From contig OX044357.1 of NCBI GenBank assembly GCA_943846675.1, positions 890,713 to 954,712 of the forward strand: 64,000 bases of DNA, read 5' to 3'. A model generated the notes under the pieces. It saw only the letters and a list, made by a program, of their open reading frames with translations, ran no database searches and was not told where the DNA came from. Positions 11,381 through 21,107 of the stretch are shown here, in pieces; the stretch's first letter is position 1; each line of letters begins with the position of its first letter. Made by a program: the position numbers and the translations under genes. The stretch is from an uncultured Bacteroidia bacterium (lineage in GTDB: Bacteria; Bacteroidota; Bacteroidia; NS11-12g; UBA9320).

Positions 11381-11914
11381 TTACTCTGACAGTTCAGATT
11401 CCAGGTATAACCGACTTAATTTTACATACGCTTCTGCATTCTTATGGATGTGTTCAATCTGCTGCTGCGACAGAGTTTTAACCACTTTGGCAGGGCTTCC
11501 TAAGACCAGAGAATTTGGCGGAATTACCGTGTTAGCCGTTACAAGTGCATTGGCTCCGACAATAGAATATGCCCCAACTTTTGCGCCATTCAATATTGTT
11601 GAATGCATGCCAACCAAAACGTGATCCTCGATTGTCGCTCCATGAATCAATGCCAAGTGACCTACGATAGAATCGTTACCGATAGATACTGGAAAGCCAG
11701 GGTCGACGTGTATAACGGCGTTGTCTTGTACATTGGTCCTGTCTCCAATTCGAATCGCATCAGAATCTCCTCGCAATACAGCGCCATACCAGATTGAAGC
11801 CATTTTGTTAATTTTTACGTCACCAATTACCACGGCATTCTCTGCGATAAAGGCGGATTCATCAATCTCTGGATGTGCGTTGTTAAAACTTTTAATAATG
11901 GCCATGGTGTGCAT
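11381..11914 (-). CDS. gamma-class carbonic anhydrase / hexapeptide-repeat family protein (YrdA/PaaY-like)
   Basis: Left-handed beta-helix hexapeptide repeats. His-containing 'AVIHVD' and 'VGHLALIHG'. Confidence 0.85.
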   Translation of the reverse strand: MHTMAIIKSFNNAHPEIDESAFIAENAVVIGDVKINKMASIWYGAVLRGDSDAIRIGDRTNVQDNAVIHVDPGFPVSIGNDSIVGHLALIHGATIEDHVLVGMHSTILNGAKVGAYSIVGANALVTANTVIPPNSLVLGSPAKVVKTLSQQQIEHIHKNAEAYVKLSRLYLESELSE

Positions 11915-11962
11915 TTTAAATCTGTATTTTCGCTCTTTACGAAGGAAATAAAATTTGTAGAC

Positions 11963-13201
11963 ATGGGTGTTACGCGTTTAATAAATATTGGCAAATTGTA
12001 TGGGGTTACGACAAGTAATGACCCAAAACGCGGATCAGATTTGGCAGAAGTCGGTGTTGTTGATAACGCTTATTTGGATATGTACCAAGGCTCAATATCT
12101 GATTTTGGCCCGATGGCTGATTTGCCCGATGTTTCTGTTCAGTCTGTTTATGATGTAGAGGGCGGAATTGTTTATCCAAGTTACGTTGATTGCCATACCC
12201 ATTTGGTATTTGCCAAAAATCGTGAAGATGAGTTTGTAGATCGGATTAATGGACTGTCTTATCAGGAAATCGCCAATCGCGGGGGAGGGATATTAAATTC
12301 TGTTGAAAAGCTCCGTGAAATGTCTGATAATGAGTTATTTGAAGACGCTTATAAAAGGTTAACTGACTTGATAAAACTGGGTACTGGCGCCATCGAGATA
12401 AAAAGTGGCTATGGGTTAAATAAGGAATCGGAGTTGAAAATGCTTCGGGTGATAAAAAGATTAAAACAGACAAGCCCAATTCCAGTAAAAGCAACTTTTT
12501 TAGGCGCGCATGCTTTTCCGAAGGAATTCTCTGATAACCATGAAGGTTATATAGAATCCATCATTAACGATATTTTGCCGGCTGTTTCAAATGAAGGCTT
12601 AGCAGATTACATAGATGCCTTTTGTGAGGACGGTTATTTTACCGTCGGTCAAACCGATCAAATTGCCAAAGCCGGAAACGATCATGGGTTAAAATCTAGG
12701 TTACACGTTAACCAGTTTAAGTCCTTTGGTGCGGTTCAAATGGCTGCTGAGAATAATGCGATTAGCGTCGAACATTTAGAAGTGATGACCGATGAAGATG
12801 TCGAGACATTGGCTCAGAGTGGCATGTTTGGTGTTGCCCTGCCTGCCTGTTCCTTCTTTTTAAAAATACCGTATACTCCTGTCAGAAAACTGATTGATCG
12901 GAATATTCCAGTAGTGCTTGCGAGTGATTTTAATCCAGGATCGTCACCAACAGGAAATCTCAACTTTGTCATGAGCCTCGCATGCATTTACATGAACATG
13001 TTGCCCAATGAGGCCTTGAATGCGTTAACGATCAATGCGGCCGCGGCCATTGAATTGGAAAACGAAGTAGGCAGTATCGCTAAAGGAAAGCGTGGTAATG
13101 TGGTGGTCTGTAAACACATCACATCGATAAACTCTGTGCCATACCAATTCGGAGAAAACTTAATCTCTGACGTTTTTGTAAACGGCAGGAAATATGGATA
13201 A
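11963..13201 (+). CDS. hutI: imidazolonepropionase
   Basis: Amidohydrolase motifs 'VDCHTHLVFA', 'FLGAHAFP', 'LASDFNPGSSP'. I place the start at ATG 11963 (MGVTRLINIG), because the longer ORF from 11873 overlaps the divergent gene. Confidence 0.9.
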   Translation: MGVTRLINIGKLYGVTTSNDPKRGSDLAEVGVVDNAYLDMYQGSISDFGPMADLPDVSVQSVYDVEGGIVYPSYVDCHTHLVFAKNREDEFVDRINGLSYQEIANRGGGILNSVEKLREMSDNELFEDAYKRLTDLIKLGTGAIEIKSGYGLNKESELKMLRVIKRLKQTSPIPVKATFLGAHAFPKEFSDNHEGYIESIINDILPAVSNEGLADYIDAFCEDGYFTVGQTDQIAKAGNDHGLKSRLHVNQFKSFGAVQMAAENNAISVEHLEVMTDEDVETLAQSGMFGVALPACSFFLKIPYTPVRKLIDRNIPVVLASDFNPGSSPTGNLNFVMSLACIYMNMLPNEALNALTINAAAAIELENEVGSIAKGKRGNVVVCKHITSINSVPYQFGENLISDVFVNGRKYG

Positions 13202-13939
13202 TTAAAGTCGGAAAGACACGAACAATCCACTTACCGGATTAAACGTGTTGGCTATTTCATTCCAATTTCGAGTGCCAGTAACGGTGGTTTCAAAAATTCT
13301 TGGGTCAAACGATGAGGTTTGAATTATTGCTCTATTTACGTCTTGACTAAAGTTGTTCGATATAACCGAAATGTGCATTTCGTATCCAACTTGTATGCGT
13401 CTATTCATATTGTACTGAAGCCCAAACATAGGTGCAACGCCAAAGCCAACCGTGGTAGTGGTTATTTTTTCTCTCGTCACAAAAAATTGAGTTTGCTGCT
13501 GTGAGAAAACCCTTTTGGTTTCCAAATTGAGTTCATGAAAATCTATTTCACGCCCCAAAATGAAATCCATACCATAATAAAAACTAAATCGGTCGTCAAT
13601 CTTTTTGGTTCTATAATAACCTAACCTGAGCCTTAAGTCATTGTTGCTATATGGGCTATTCTTGATGATGGTATCTCCAGCCAATGAATTGTTTTGTGAA
13701 TTTACGGCATCTAAATCCGTCTCTAGATTTCCAGACGAGTTGCTAAAACCAACCTGAAGCCTGGCGAAATTATTCGTTTTGAAGTTGTACTTAAGAACTA
13801 AAGTCGGTTGACTGTTCTCTTGAACCAAACTGGAAAGGTTGACGCCAATCGAAAAATCACTCAATTGAAGACTGTCTTGGGCCAAAGCATTGGATGCAAT
13901 GGTTAGGAGGATGATGGTGGTTTGGATGGGTTTTTTCAT
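13202..13939 (-). CDS. hypothetical outer-membrane beta-barrel protein
   Basis: Signal peptide 'LLTIASNALAQ', alternating beta-strand pattern, C-terminal 'GLFVSFRL'. Confidence 0.5.
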   Translation of the reverse strand: MKKPIQTTIILLTIASNALAQDSLQLSDFSIGVNLSSLVQENSQPTLVLKYNFKTNNFARLQVGFSNSSGNLETDLDAVNSQNNSLAGDTIIKNSPYSNNDLRLRLGYYRTKKIDDRFSFYYGMDFILGREIDFHELNLETKRVFSQQQTQFFVTREKITTTTVGFGVAPMFGLQYNMNRRIQVGYEMHISVISNNFSQDVNRAIIQTSSFDPRIFETTVTGTRNWNEIANTFNPVSGLFVSFRL

Positions 13940-13941
13940 GT

Positions 13942-16584
13942 TTAACTCATTTTGAATCCTATTTCATTGCGATCTAGTTTTTTAACTTCATCTGCTAATT
14001 TAATCGTTGCCAAATCGGCAGTGGTTAAGGTTGTGACCATTTTTTTGGTGCGTTTTGCGTTTGTAATGCCACTCATACGTAAATGTTGGTTACGCACGGC
14101 TTCTTCTACAATTTTTCGAACAGCCCGACCATTTCCAAAGTACTTGTCTCTGCTGTCAAACATGACCTGCATCATTTTGGCTAGCATCGTTTTGGCGCCC
14201 TTATCTGGTGTTAAGATATGTTCCGAAAACTGGTTAAGCGCAATTTCATACAAGTCGTTGGGTTCGAAATCTTCAAAAGTAAACGTTCGGTCAAATCGTG
14301 ATTTTAAGCCTGGGTTCGACTCAATAAAGCGACGCATATTGTCTGTGTATCCGGCTGCGATAACAATAAAGTTACCACGATAGTCTTCCATTCGTTTTAA
14401 GATAATTTCAATAGCCTCTTTACCATAATCCGAGTTGCCTCCTTCTGTTAGCGAGTATGCTTCATCTATAAAAAGTACTCCGCCCATGGCCCGGTCAATA
14501 ACCTCGCCCGTTTTTATTGCCGTTTGGCCGACATAACCGCCTACCAGCGACTGACGGTCACATTCTACTAAATTGCCGCGTTCAATAATGCCTAACGCTT
14601 TATAGATTTGGGTCAATATTCTGGCAACGGTCGTTTTACCTGTTCCAGGATTTCCTGTAAACACCGCGTGCAAAGAGAATGTGTTTCTAAAATCTTTGCC
14701 CGTTTCTTTATAAAAGCGAACCAGCTTGATAAGGTCTTTAATTTCGTTTTTAACAGACTCAAGCCCCATCATGAGTTCCAGCTTGGCAACAGACTCACGC
14801 AACAAGTCTTCGTCAATCGGTATGTCAGGAATAGCGTCTGGTTTAGAAATGGACAATTTGTCGACGTCTTCAACGGTAATGGTTGACAAGTCATCCATGC
14901 TTAGAGATTCTGGATTTTTTACTGCCATTACGCGAAGACCCAGGTTCATCTTGCACTCGTCCACGAGTGAATTGACCAAACGGGCATTCCCGAAAAACCT
15001 ATCACGCTCTCGGTATGCATCAACCAATTTCTTGTATAGTTCTTCTTGGGCTTTCTCTTCAAAAGAAATGCCTCTTTTATCTGCTGAGTATTCAGCAATT
15101 TGTAAAAGCTCTTGAGGGATGTAATCGGCAAAATCAAAAACGACGTTAAACCTAGATTTTAAACCAGGGTTGGAGTTTATGAAGTTGTCCATTTCGTCAG
15201 GATAACCCGCAGCAATCACGGCCATATCTTCTTCGTCGGTCATTTCTTTCAGCAGTATTTCAATGGCCTCTTTGCCAAAATCCTTGGCGTCGTCATCTTT
15301 ACGTGCTAACGCATAGGCTTCGTCAATAAAGAGGATGCCACCTTTGGCTTTTTTTATGGCAGCCTTGGTTTTTGGTGCTGTTTGACCAATAAACTCTGCT
15401 ACCAAGTCTGCACGATCTACTTCGTGCACATGACCTTTTGATAACAGGCCAAGGTTTTTATAAATTTTGCCAAGCTTTCGAGCTACGGTTGTTTTTCCCG
15501 TCCCTGGATTTCCACGGAAAACGGAATGAATATTTAGTGGTTCATTTTCTTCGATTCCTTTCTCTTTACGTAAAGAGATGAATTGAAGGTAATTGCTATA
15601 CTCTTTAATGCGATCTTTCACCTCTTGAAGACCAATAAGGTCATTCATTTCAGTCATCACATCTTTTTCAGTGACTTTGGCTTCTTGCGACGGTTTTTTT
15701 GTAACGACTGGTTTGTTTTTTGGGGTGTCAGAAATCTTAAGTTCATCAACTTGTCGTACAATGGTGAAATCGGATTCCGAGGCCTCTATGTAGTCGTCAC
15801 CAATATTGAAATTCTTACTGGCAAGCAGTTTGTCTTGGAACAGGATGTCCATGTAATAACTGCCCTTTCCCCAGGTCCCAATTATATCAGATCCCCAGCC
15901 AACGGTTAATACAAATGTGGGTTCTTGTGGGTATACAAAAAAGAGTTTGGTAACCGTGCCTTTTAACAAATTGCCACTTGTTCTAAAATTAAATGTCAAT
16001 TCACACGTCCAATACTTGACATCTTGGATAAGGTTGTCTGCTTTTAATTCGGCCCAAATGTATCTGGTGAATTGGTGGTGGAAGGTGCGATAGTACCGAC
16101 GACTGTCTATGAGTACGTTAGCGTCAGGGCCTTCATAAAACTTGATAGAATCAATCTTGAAATAAGGTTGGCCTAGACCAGATACAACCCCAAAGTCTTG
16201 CACGTAAAAGTTCTTTTCTGCAATAAGTTCTCCGTCAACCCAAGCTTCCCATTTATAGGTTCCTTTGTTCCAAAACCCTCCAGAATTTCGTGTTCCCCAA
16301 CCTTCTCGAATGAAAACATTTTGCGCATTGATAGAAACTGATCGGTCACAGTTGAGGTCACAGATCTCCTTTTTATTTTCATCAATACATTTTAGGTTCA
16401 ATTTTAAAGGCCAATCTTCCTTTTTGAATTGCAGGTTATTAAACTTGAATTCGCAGTATACATAACCAACTTCCGCCTTGTCGAACACAGAGCGGTACTT
16501 CTTTTTATTGTCGGCTAGCCATTCGGTAGAACCATACGTTTTGATTTCTACAAATTGATAATTTTTCGGTGTACGTAGTGTCAT
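13942..16584 (-). CDS. double AAA+ ATPase (CbxX/CfxQ/SpoVK-type) with a ~300-aa non-ATPase N-terminus
   Basis: Two modules, each with Walker A 'GNPGTGKTTVAR' and Walker B 'LFIDEAY'. The N-terminus carries an internal duplication. Confidence 0.85.
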   Translation of the reverse strand: MTLRTPKNYQFVEIKTYGSTEWLADNKKKYRSVFDKAEVGYVYCEFKFNNLQFKKEDWPLKLNLKCIDENKKEICDLNCDRSVSINAQNVFIREGWGTRNSGGFWNKGTYKWEAWVDGELIAEKNFYVQDFGVVSGLGQPYFKIDSIKFYEGPDANVLIDSRRYYRTFHHQFTRYIWAELKADNLIQDVKYWTCELTFNFRTSGNLLKGTVTKLFFVYPQEPTFVLTVGWGSDIIGTWGKGSYYMDILFQDKLLASKNFNIGDDYIEASESDFTIVRQVDELKISDTPKNKPVVTKKPSQEAKVTEKDVMTEMNDLIGLQEVKDRIKEYSNYLQFISLRKEKGIEENEPLNIHSVFRGNPGTGKTTVARKLGKIYKNLGLLSKGHVHEVDRADLVAEFIGQTAPKTKAAIKKAKGGILFIDEAYALARKDDDAKDFGKEAIEILLKEMTDEEDMAVIAAGYPDEMDNFINSNPGLKSRFNVVFDFADYIPQELLQIAEYSADKRGISFEEKAQEELYKKLVDAYRERDRFFGNARLVNSLVDECKMNLGLRVMAVKNPESLSMDDLSTITVEDVDKLSISKPDAIPDIPIDEDLLRESVAKLELMMGLESVKNEIKDLIKLVRFYKETGKDFRNTFSLHAVFTGNPGTGKTTVARILTQIYKALGIIERGNLVECDRQSLVGGYVGQTAIKTGEVIDRAMGGVLFIDEAYSLTEGGNSDYGKEAIEIILKRMEDYRGNFIVIAAGYTDNMRRFIESNPGLKSRFDRTFTFEDFEPNDLYEIALNQFSEHILTPDKGAKTMLAKMMQVMFDSRDKYFGNGRAVRKIVEEAVRNQHLRMSGITNAKRTKKMVTTLTTADLATIKLADEVKKLDRNEIGFKMS

Positions 16585-16713
16585 AGACTTGGCTCAAATT
16601 TTATAAAAAACCTTTACAATACAGTAACAAATTTTGATGCAAGTATTTTTTTTACGAAAAACTCAAAAAACAAATGATAATTTAAAAAAAAGGGTAATTT
16701 TGCCGACCCATTC

Positions 16714-16801
16714 GGTGAGGTGGGTGAGTGGCTTAAACCAGTAGTTTGCTAAACTGCCGTACCCCTAAAGGGTACCGCGGGTTCGAATCCCGCCCTCACC
16801 G
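16714..16801 (+). tRNA. tRNA-Ser (anticodon GCT)
   Basis: Folded by hand. Acceptor GGTGAGG/CCTCACC, anticodon stem GTAGT/ACTGC with loop TTGCTAA, long variable arm GTACCC-ctaaa-GGGTAC, T-arm GCGGG-TTCGAAT-CCCGC. No encoded CCA. Confidence 0.9.
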
Positions 16802-16863
16802 CAATAGTTTTTTAGCTATTGGAAACGTGAAAACGTTGAAGATTTGTTAAAGGATAACCACTT

Positions 16864-16938
16864 CGGGGTGTAGCGTAGCCCGGTTATCGCGCCTGCTTTG
16901 GGAGCAGGAGGTCGCAGGTTCGAATCCTGCCACCCCGA
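16864..16938 (+). tRNA. tRNA-Pro (anticodon TGG)
   Basis: Acceptor CGGGGTG/CACCCCG, anticodon arm CCTGC-TTTGGGA-GCAGG, T-arm GCAGG-TTCGAAT-CCTGC. Confidence 0.92.
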
Positions 16939-16956
16939 CATATTTTATGACCTATT

Positions 16957-17030
16957 GGTCCAATAGCTCAACTGGATAGAGCAGCTGCCTTCTAAGCAGC
17001 AGGTTTCAGGTTCGAGTCCTGATTGGATCA
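16957..17030 (+). tRNA. tRNA-Arg (anticodon TCT)
   Basis: Acceptor GGTCCAA/TTGGATC (one G-U pair), D-arm GCTC-AACTGGATA-GAGC, anticodon arm GCTGC-CTTCTAA-GCAGC, T-arm TCAGG-TTCGAGT-CCTGA. Confidence 0.92.
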
Positions 17031-17036
17031 CAAGCA

Positions 17037-17068
17037 AGACCTATCTATTAAGTAGTTAGGTCTTTTTT
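17037..17068 (+). terminator. rho-independent terminator after the tRNA cluster
   Basis: AGACCTA-N13-TAGGTCT hairpin followed by a T6 run. Confidence 0.7.
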
Positions 17069-17175
17069 ATGTCTATTGTATACGGTTATGTATACGGTTT
17101 TTTGAATTTATCGATTGTCTATTTTCAAGTTAACTTAACTTTCCATGACAGCTATTCTAAGTATTGTCGCTTTGG

Positions 17176-17520
17176 TTATCCTTTTCTACTTGGTTTAAAC
17201 TTAATTACATCACCTTTATCAGTTCCACCAGACTTAAATTGTATGATAATACCTTCTGCTTCTGGAAACTTCTTTTTAGCTTTTCTAATCATTTTATCTC
17301 TTGTTCCGACGTATTGGACGTCTACTGCAAACGTAGTTTTAACAGTTCCTAAGTATTCGTACTCCGACACTGGTTTACTATCAGTAAAAATGTATAATCC
17401 CTGCATTTGTTCGACTTCCCCTGTTGCCTTGGTAGGCTCATAACTTGTGATAGTAAATGCCATTAATGATGTTAGGACCACACCACATATGATTCCTAAT
17501 GTTACCTTTTTCATACTCAA
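17176..17520 (-). CDS. small secreted/lipoprotein-like hypothetical protein
   Basis: 114 aa with signal peptide 'LGIICGVVLTSLMAFT'. First gene inside the island. Confidence 0.5.
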   Translation of the reverse strand: MSMKKVTLGIICGVVLTSLMAFTITSYEPTKATGEVEQMQGLYIFTDSKPVSEYEYLGTVKTTFAVDVQYVGTRDKMIRKAKKKFPEAEGIIIQFKSGGTDKGDVIKFKPSRKG

Positions 17521-18208
17521 ATATAATTAGCTTATAGAGACTAAAAGTATTCATGAGGAGACTATCATACGCTACCCTGTTAAATAGCATTTAAACTTGG
17601 TCCTCATGATAATGGATTCTCATGTGGGGCGCCACTGTTGCACCCTCTGTCTCTTCCGGTGAATAACCCGTGTCGACCTATTAAACTCATTAAAGTGAAA
17701 GACCTTTTCACACTTTTAGAATTTGCACTTGTGTAAAGTTTGGATTGCTGCGTTTCTGATGATATCCCCCAAACGTCTGAGATAGCCCCCTACCGCTCTA
17801 TTTCAAAACTTGACAACAAAAGATAAAGTGTATCGCTTGGTTTCAATCGCTAAGGTATCAAACTTCTAGATGCCCCCTACCAATTGTATTTCAACTCTGG
17901 TATTGATTCTGTATTTCGTCGGATGAGTTATCTGGTCAAATGAAATAACAAGGAAAGTGGGTTCTATTAAATCGTGTTTGGTTTGGGCTTCGTTCATTAA
18001 TCGTCCTAATTGTTGTCCGTACGAGAATCCATTTGGTCAATTATCTTGTTCACTTCAGATTCTGTTGATCGTAGTTTACTCTGACAGTATGCAATTACAT
18101 TGGAAGCACGCTTTACTTTTTCGCCTAAGACATCTCCGCTTATTTGACTTTCAATTTAAGATAGAAATTCTCTATCTTTATAAACCATTAATAAGAAGAA
18201 ATAACTAA

Positions 18209-19240
18209 GTGAATTACAAACTCGAAGATGCAAAGAAAGCTTTGTATAAAATTAGTAACCCCTATCCGAGTAATTCATTAATTAACAACTATAAAGACTT
18301 CTTGCAGGTTAGAGATTACTTGCATTTCTATCAATTCAATATTGTTGTCTTTAGAAAGCTTTTAAAATTAACTAATGATTTATGGCTTTCTAGTCAGCGC
18401 ATCAGTCGTTACTCTCTAGTTGTAACATTAAAGAGGTATAGTAAAAACACGTCTGAATCATTTGACAATAAAACCAATCAAATGCTATTTACACTGTTTC
18501 TCAACTCAATTGAGAACACAGATTTTGTGACCAAACGTCAGAGCCCACAAATTCAGCAATTAACTAACTCCTTGCTTAAAGACAGGATATTACCAGAGAA
18601 GCTTGTGATTTGGCTTTGTCAAAATACATACAAGTCGACACATATAATAAACAGGCTGTTACGATTTCCTGCAAAAAGTAAGGCAGTATCAAAGTGGGCA
18701 CTGAGTAATTTTGAAGAAGACAACTTGCGAAGTAGACGAGCTGAACTAATCGGTTGGGTCTTAAACCATAACCCAAATTATGTTGTGCCAGAGCGGATAC
18801 TCGTTGCAGACTTTGAATACATGAATAAGGTGGATCGCCAAACGCTGAAGGATATCCAAGAATACAATACCTTTAGTCAAGAAGTAGACAAAGAATTTGG
18901 TGACTTAATTGAAGACGAGGACGATCGATTTCAAGAGTATCGTGAACCAAAGTTCACACAACGGTTTTATTCAGTTCCTTTAGATTCAAAATACAGCGAA
19001 TTGTGTCTTTCAGTACCAGATTTTGGTAGAATGGAACGTGACTTTTATTCAGGGTTAAACAACATCAGATTAATCACCATGCAATGGGGAATTTACTATT
19101 CCCATCTGCCTGATGATAAGAAAGTCGAGTTAATGAAACCCTATTTTAATGAAGAAACTTATTGGACAACTCTAAAAATTGCTAAGAAAATAAAGTCAGA
19201 AAATTTGTTGAAATGGCTTGTGCAAAAATTAGACAAATAG
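18209..19240 (+). CDS. hypothetical protein (343 aa)
   Basis: Long ORF with a GTG start. No recognisable motif. Preceded by ~690 nt of non-coding DNA. Confidence 0.45.
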   Translation: MNYKLEDAKKALYKISNPYPSNSLINNYKDFLQVRDYLHFYQFNIVVFRKLLKLTNDLWLSSQRISRYSLVVTLKRYSKNTSESFDNKTNQMLFTLFLNSIENTDFVTKRQSPQIQQLTNSLLKDRILPEKLVIWLCQNTYKSTHIINRLLRFPAKSKAVSKWALSNFEEDNLRSRRAELIGWVLNHNPNYVVPERILVADFEYMNKVDRQTLKDIQEYNTFSQEVDKEFGDLIEDEDDRFQEYREPKFTQRFYSVPLDSKYSELCLSVPDFGRMERDFYSGLNNIRLITMQWGIYYSHLPDDKKVELMKPYFNEETYWTTLKIAKKIKSENLLKWLVQKLDK

Positions 19241-19272
19241 ATTTTAAGAACCATTATTTATTCACTTTAAAC

Positions 19273-19698
19273 ATGAAATCAAAACAGCCTCCCAGTATTA
19301 CGGTACAATTTGAAAAAAAAAGCTGGATCCAGTATCACATTGATGGTAACAATAGGAATAACAGCCCTATTAATTTGGTATTGGTACCTCAAGAAGTTTA
19401 CATGACTGTCAAATACAGTGATACTGGAGCCACGCATAGGTACGAGATAATGAAAAAAAACAAGGGTCTCCTTTTACACACAAATATAGTCCCCGACAAG
19501 AGAGGAAGAATGGAATTTGATAAGAAGTTTCTCTTAACAGCCCTCTGGCTTCACAGAGAAAAACGAGACAAAATAATGCGCTCAAAGATAAAAAGGGATA
19601 GGGTTCGTGAAATAGTGGATGGAATGGGTCTTAGTAAATTACGAAATCGGCAAACAGAATCAGTCCCAATTGCAAAACAGCTTACGTTGGATTTGTAG
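19273..19698 (+). CDS. hypothetical basic protein
   Basis: ORF 19213-19698. I prefer the internal ATG ('MKSKQPPSITV'), which avoids overlap with the upstream gene. No family recognised. Confidence 0.4.
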   Translation: MKSKQPPSITVQFEKKSWIQYHIDGNNRNNSPINLVLVPQEVYMTVKYSDTGATHRYEIMKKNKGLLLHTNIVPDKRGRMEFDKKFLLTALWLHREKRDKIMRSKIKRDRVREIVDGMGLSKLRNRQTESVPIAKQLTLDL

Positions 19699-19784
19699 AT
19701 GGAATTGGTGTGTGATTGAGCTCGGTTTAAGAACGTCTCGATAAACCGTCTTTCAATCCGGTTTTGTTGTGGTGCACTCGTAAT

Positions 19785-20198
19785 TTACTCACTAATTTTC
19801 CAAACAAAATTTCCGTTCAATCTAACCTGACTGCCAAGCCAAGATAAATCCTCTGAGCCTGGAATCTTCTTACCCAAAAGTGGAGTAACTTCACCTCTAA
19901 CACCATGAATGAGTTGTTCCTGTAAAATGACCATATCGATATTATAAACCAAACCCATAGGTTCTAGAATTTCACTCACTAACGTAATAAGAAAATCAGC
20001 AGGATATCTCATCTCCGCAGCTACATAGAGTTTTCCATTTGTCAAACCAGATATCCCATTTTTTTTACAAAAATTTGCGATAAGCAAATCATTGCTATTC
20101 AATCTTTCAATATTTACAACTAAGGTCGTAAAGACCAATTCTAACTCTTCTACATCCTTATATTGAACTTCATTCATCGTTGTTACTATTTCAACCAT
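19785..20198 (-). CDS. hypothetical small cytoplasmic protein (137 aa)
   Basis: ORF only. Last gene of a minus-strand run of three small ORFs. Confidence 0.45.
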   Translation of the reverse strand: MVEIVTTMNEVQYKDVEELELVFTTLVVNIERLNSNDLLIANFCKKNGISGLTNGKLYVAAEMRYPADFLITLVSEILEPMGLVYNIDMVILQEQLIHGVRGEVTPLLGKKIPGSEDLSWLGSQVRLNGNFVWKISE

Positions 20199-20306
20199 TT
20201 TATCATCCGTTCTGACAAGGATTTGGCAGAGCGTAATAAAAAAGATTACAGAGTAAAATTATTAATAGCCAATTAAATTTGCGGTTTGGCTAGACTGGGT
20301 TTTAAT

Positions 20307-20753
20307 TCAGTTTGTGTTGGTTCCCGTTTTTATTGTTTCGAATACATTGACTCCCTTTTCACTTAAGTCTATAACTTCTTGCATTGTCATTACTTCGCCA
20401 ATATGTAATGCCCTATCCTTTTGTTCTTGAATACAATTTGAATGCCATGCAAAAATCCCATTGTTATCAAGCCAGTCAGTTTGCCAAAGCGCTCCATCAT
20501 ACCTTGTGATTATTACAAAATCATTAGAGTTTTCTGCATCTTCATTATACTCCAAACCTCCTTGAATTAGCTTTTCTATGTCAAATTCATCAGCATTCAT
20601 TCTGGCGACGCCAAATAGTTCATCATCCTCCTGATTATATATTCCAGCATCAATATCCCAATCAATTCGAAACTGATTACAACCACCATAATACTTTGTG
20701 TCGATAATCTTTTTGTCGACAATCATATTCGCTAAATGTATATATATCGGCAT
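20307..20753 (-). CDS. hypothetical acidic protein, immunity-protein-like; paralog of 28943-29449
   Basis: Shares 'FVIITRYDGALWQTDW' / 'FVIINRYGGKMWPCDW' and 'MNADEFD' / 'MNAEDVN' blocks with the 168-aa ORF at 28943-29449. Confidence 0.5.
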   Translation of the reverse strand: MPIYIHLANMIVDKKIIDTKYYGGCNQFRIDWDIDAGIYNQEDDELFGVARMNADEFDIEKLIQGGLEYNEDAENSNDFVIITRYDGALWQTDWLDNNGIFAWHSNCIQEQKDRALHIGEVMTMQEVIDLSEKGVNVFETIKTGTNTN

Positions 20754-20756
20754 TTT

Positions 20757-21107
20757 CTATTTGAATTTTTCTAGTTTATTGAGTAAATCAGCATTCAACT
20801 TCGTTTCAACTGGAATCAACATTACCCACTTTGCTGTGGTTTGAATCAAGTAATCGCCACCTCTGTTGATGACATAAGTGGCTCCATAAAATTCTTTGTC
20901 TTTGTTAAAATAGAGCACTTGATAATCTCTATATTTTGAGAAGTGAAAAAGGGTATTCAAATTGGTGTGTACAATTTGAAATAGATGGTTTCCATCACCT
21001 AATTTCAAATCGTGTACAATAACTCCAGTTCCCTTAAGTACTATGAGAGACGAGTCTATTTTTTTTGGTTCTAGTTCTTTGAAAGAAAGTTTGATAATAG
21101 ATTTCAT
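20757..21107 (-). CDS. hypothetical protein (116 aa); intact copy of a duplicated gene
   Basis: 3-nt gap to the downstream ORF. The N-terminal ~60 aa are near-identical to the degraded copy at 29608-29868. Confidence 0.5.
   Translation of the reverse strand: MKSIIKLSFKELEPKKIDSSLIVLKGTGVIVHDLKLGDGNHLFQIVHTNLNTLFHFSKYRDYQVLYFNKDKEFYGATYVINRGGDYLIQTTAKWVMLIPVETKLNADLLNKLEKFK

Noticed and set aside
11873-11962. Upstream extension of the hutI ORF
   Set aside because: It overlaps the start of the divergent gamma-CA-like gene and adds a non-homologous N-terminus. The ATG at 11963 gives the usual HutI N-terminus.
17761-17900. Possible CRISPR-like repeats (GCCCCCTACC...TATTTCAA)
   Set aside because: There are only two full copies at ~75% identity plus a partial one. 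There is no regular repeat-spacer periodicity and no cas genes. They are reported only as an unexplained motif.
17957-18208. 83-aa ORF in the non-coding stretch upstream of 18209
   Set aside because: No recognisable protein features. It ends at the start of the next gene and lies in a region that looks non-coding or structured.
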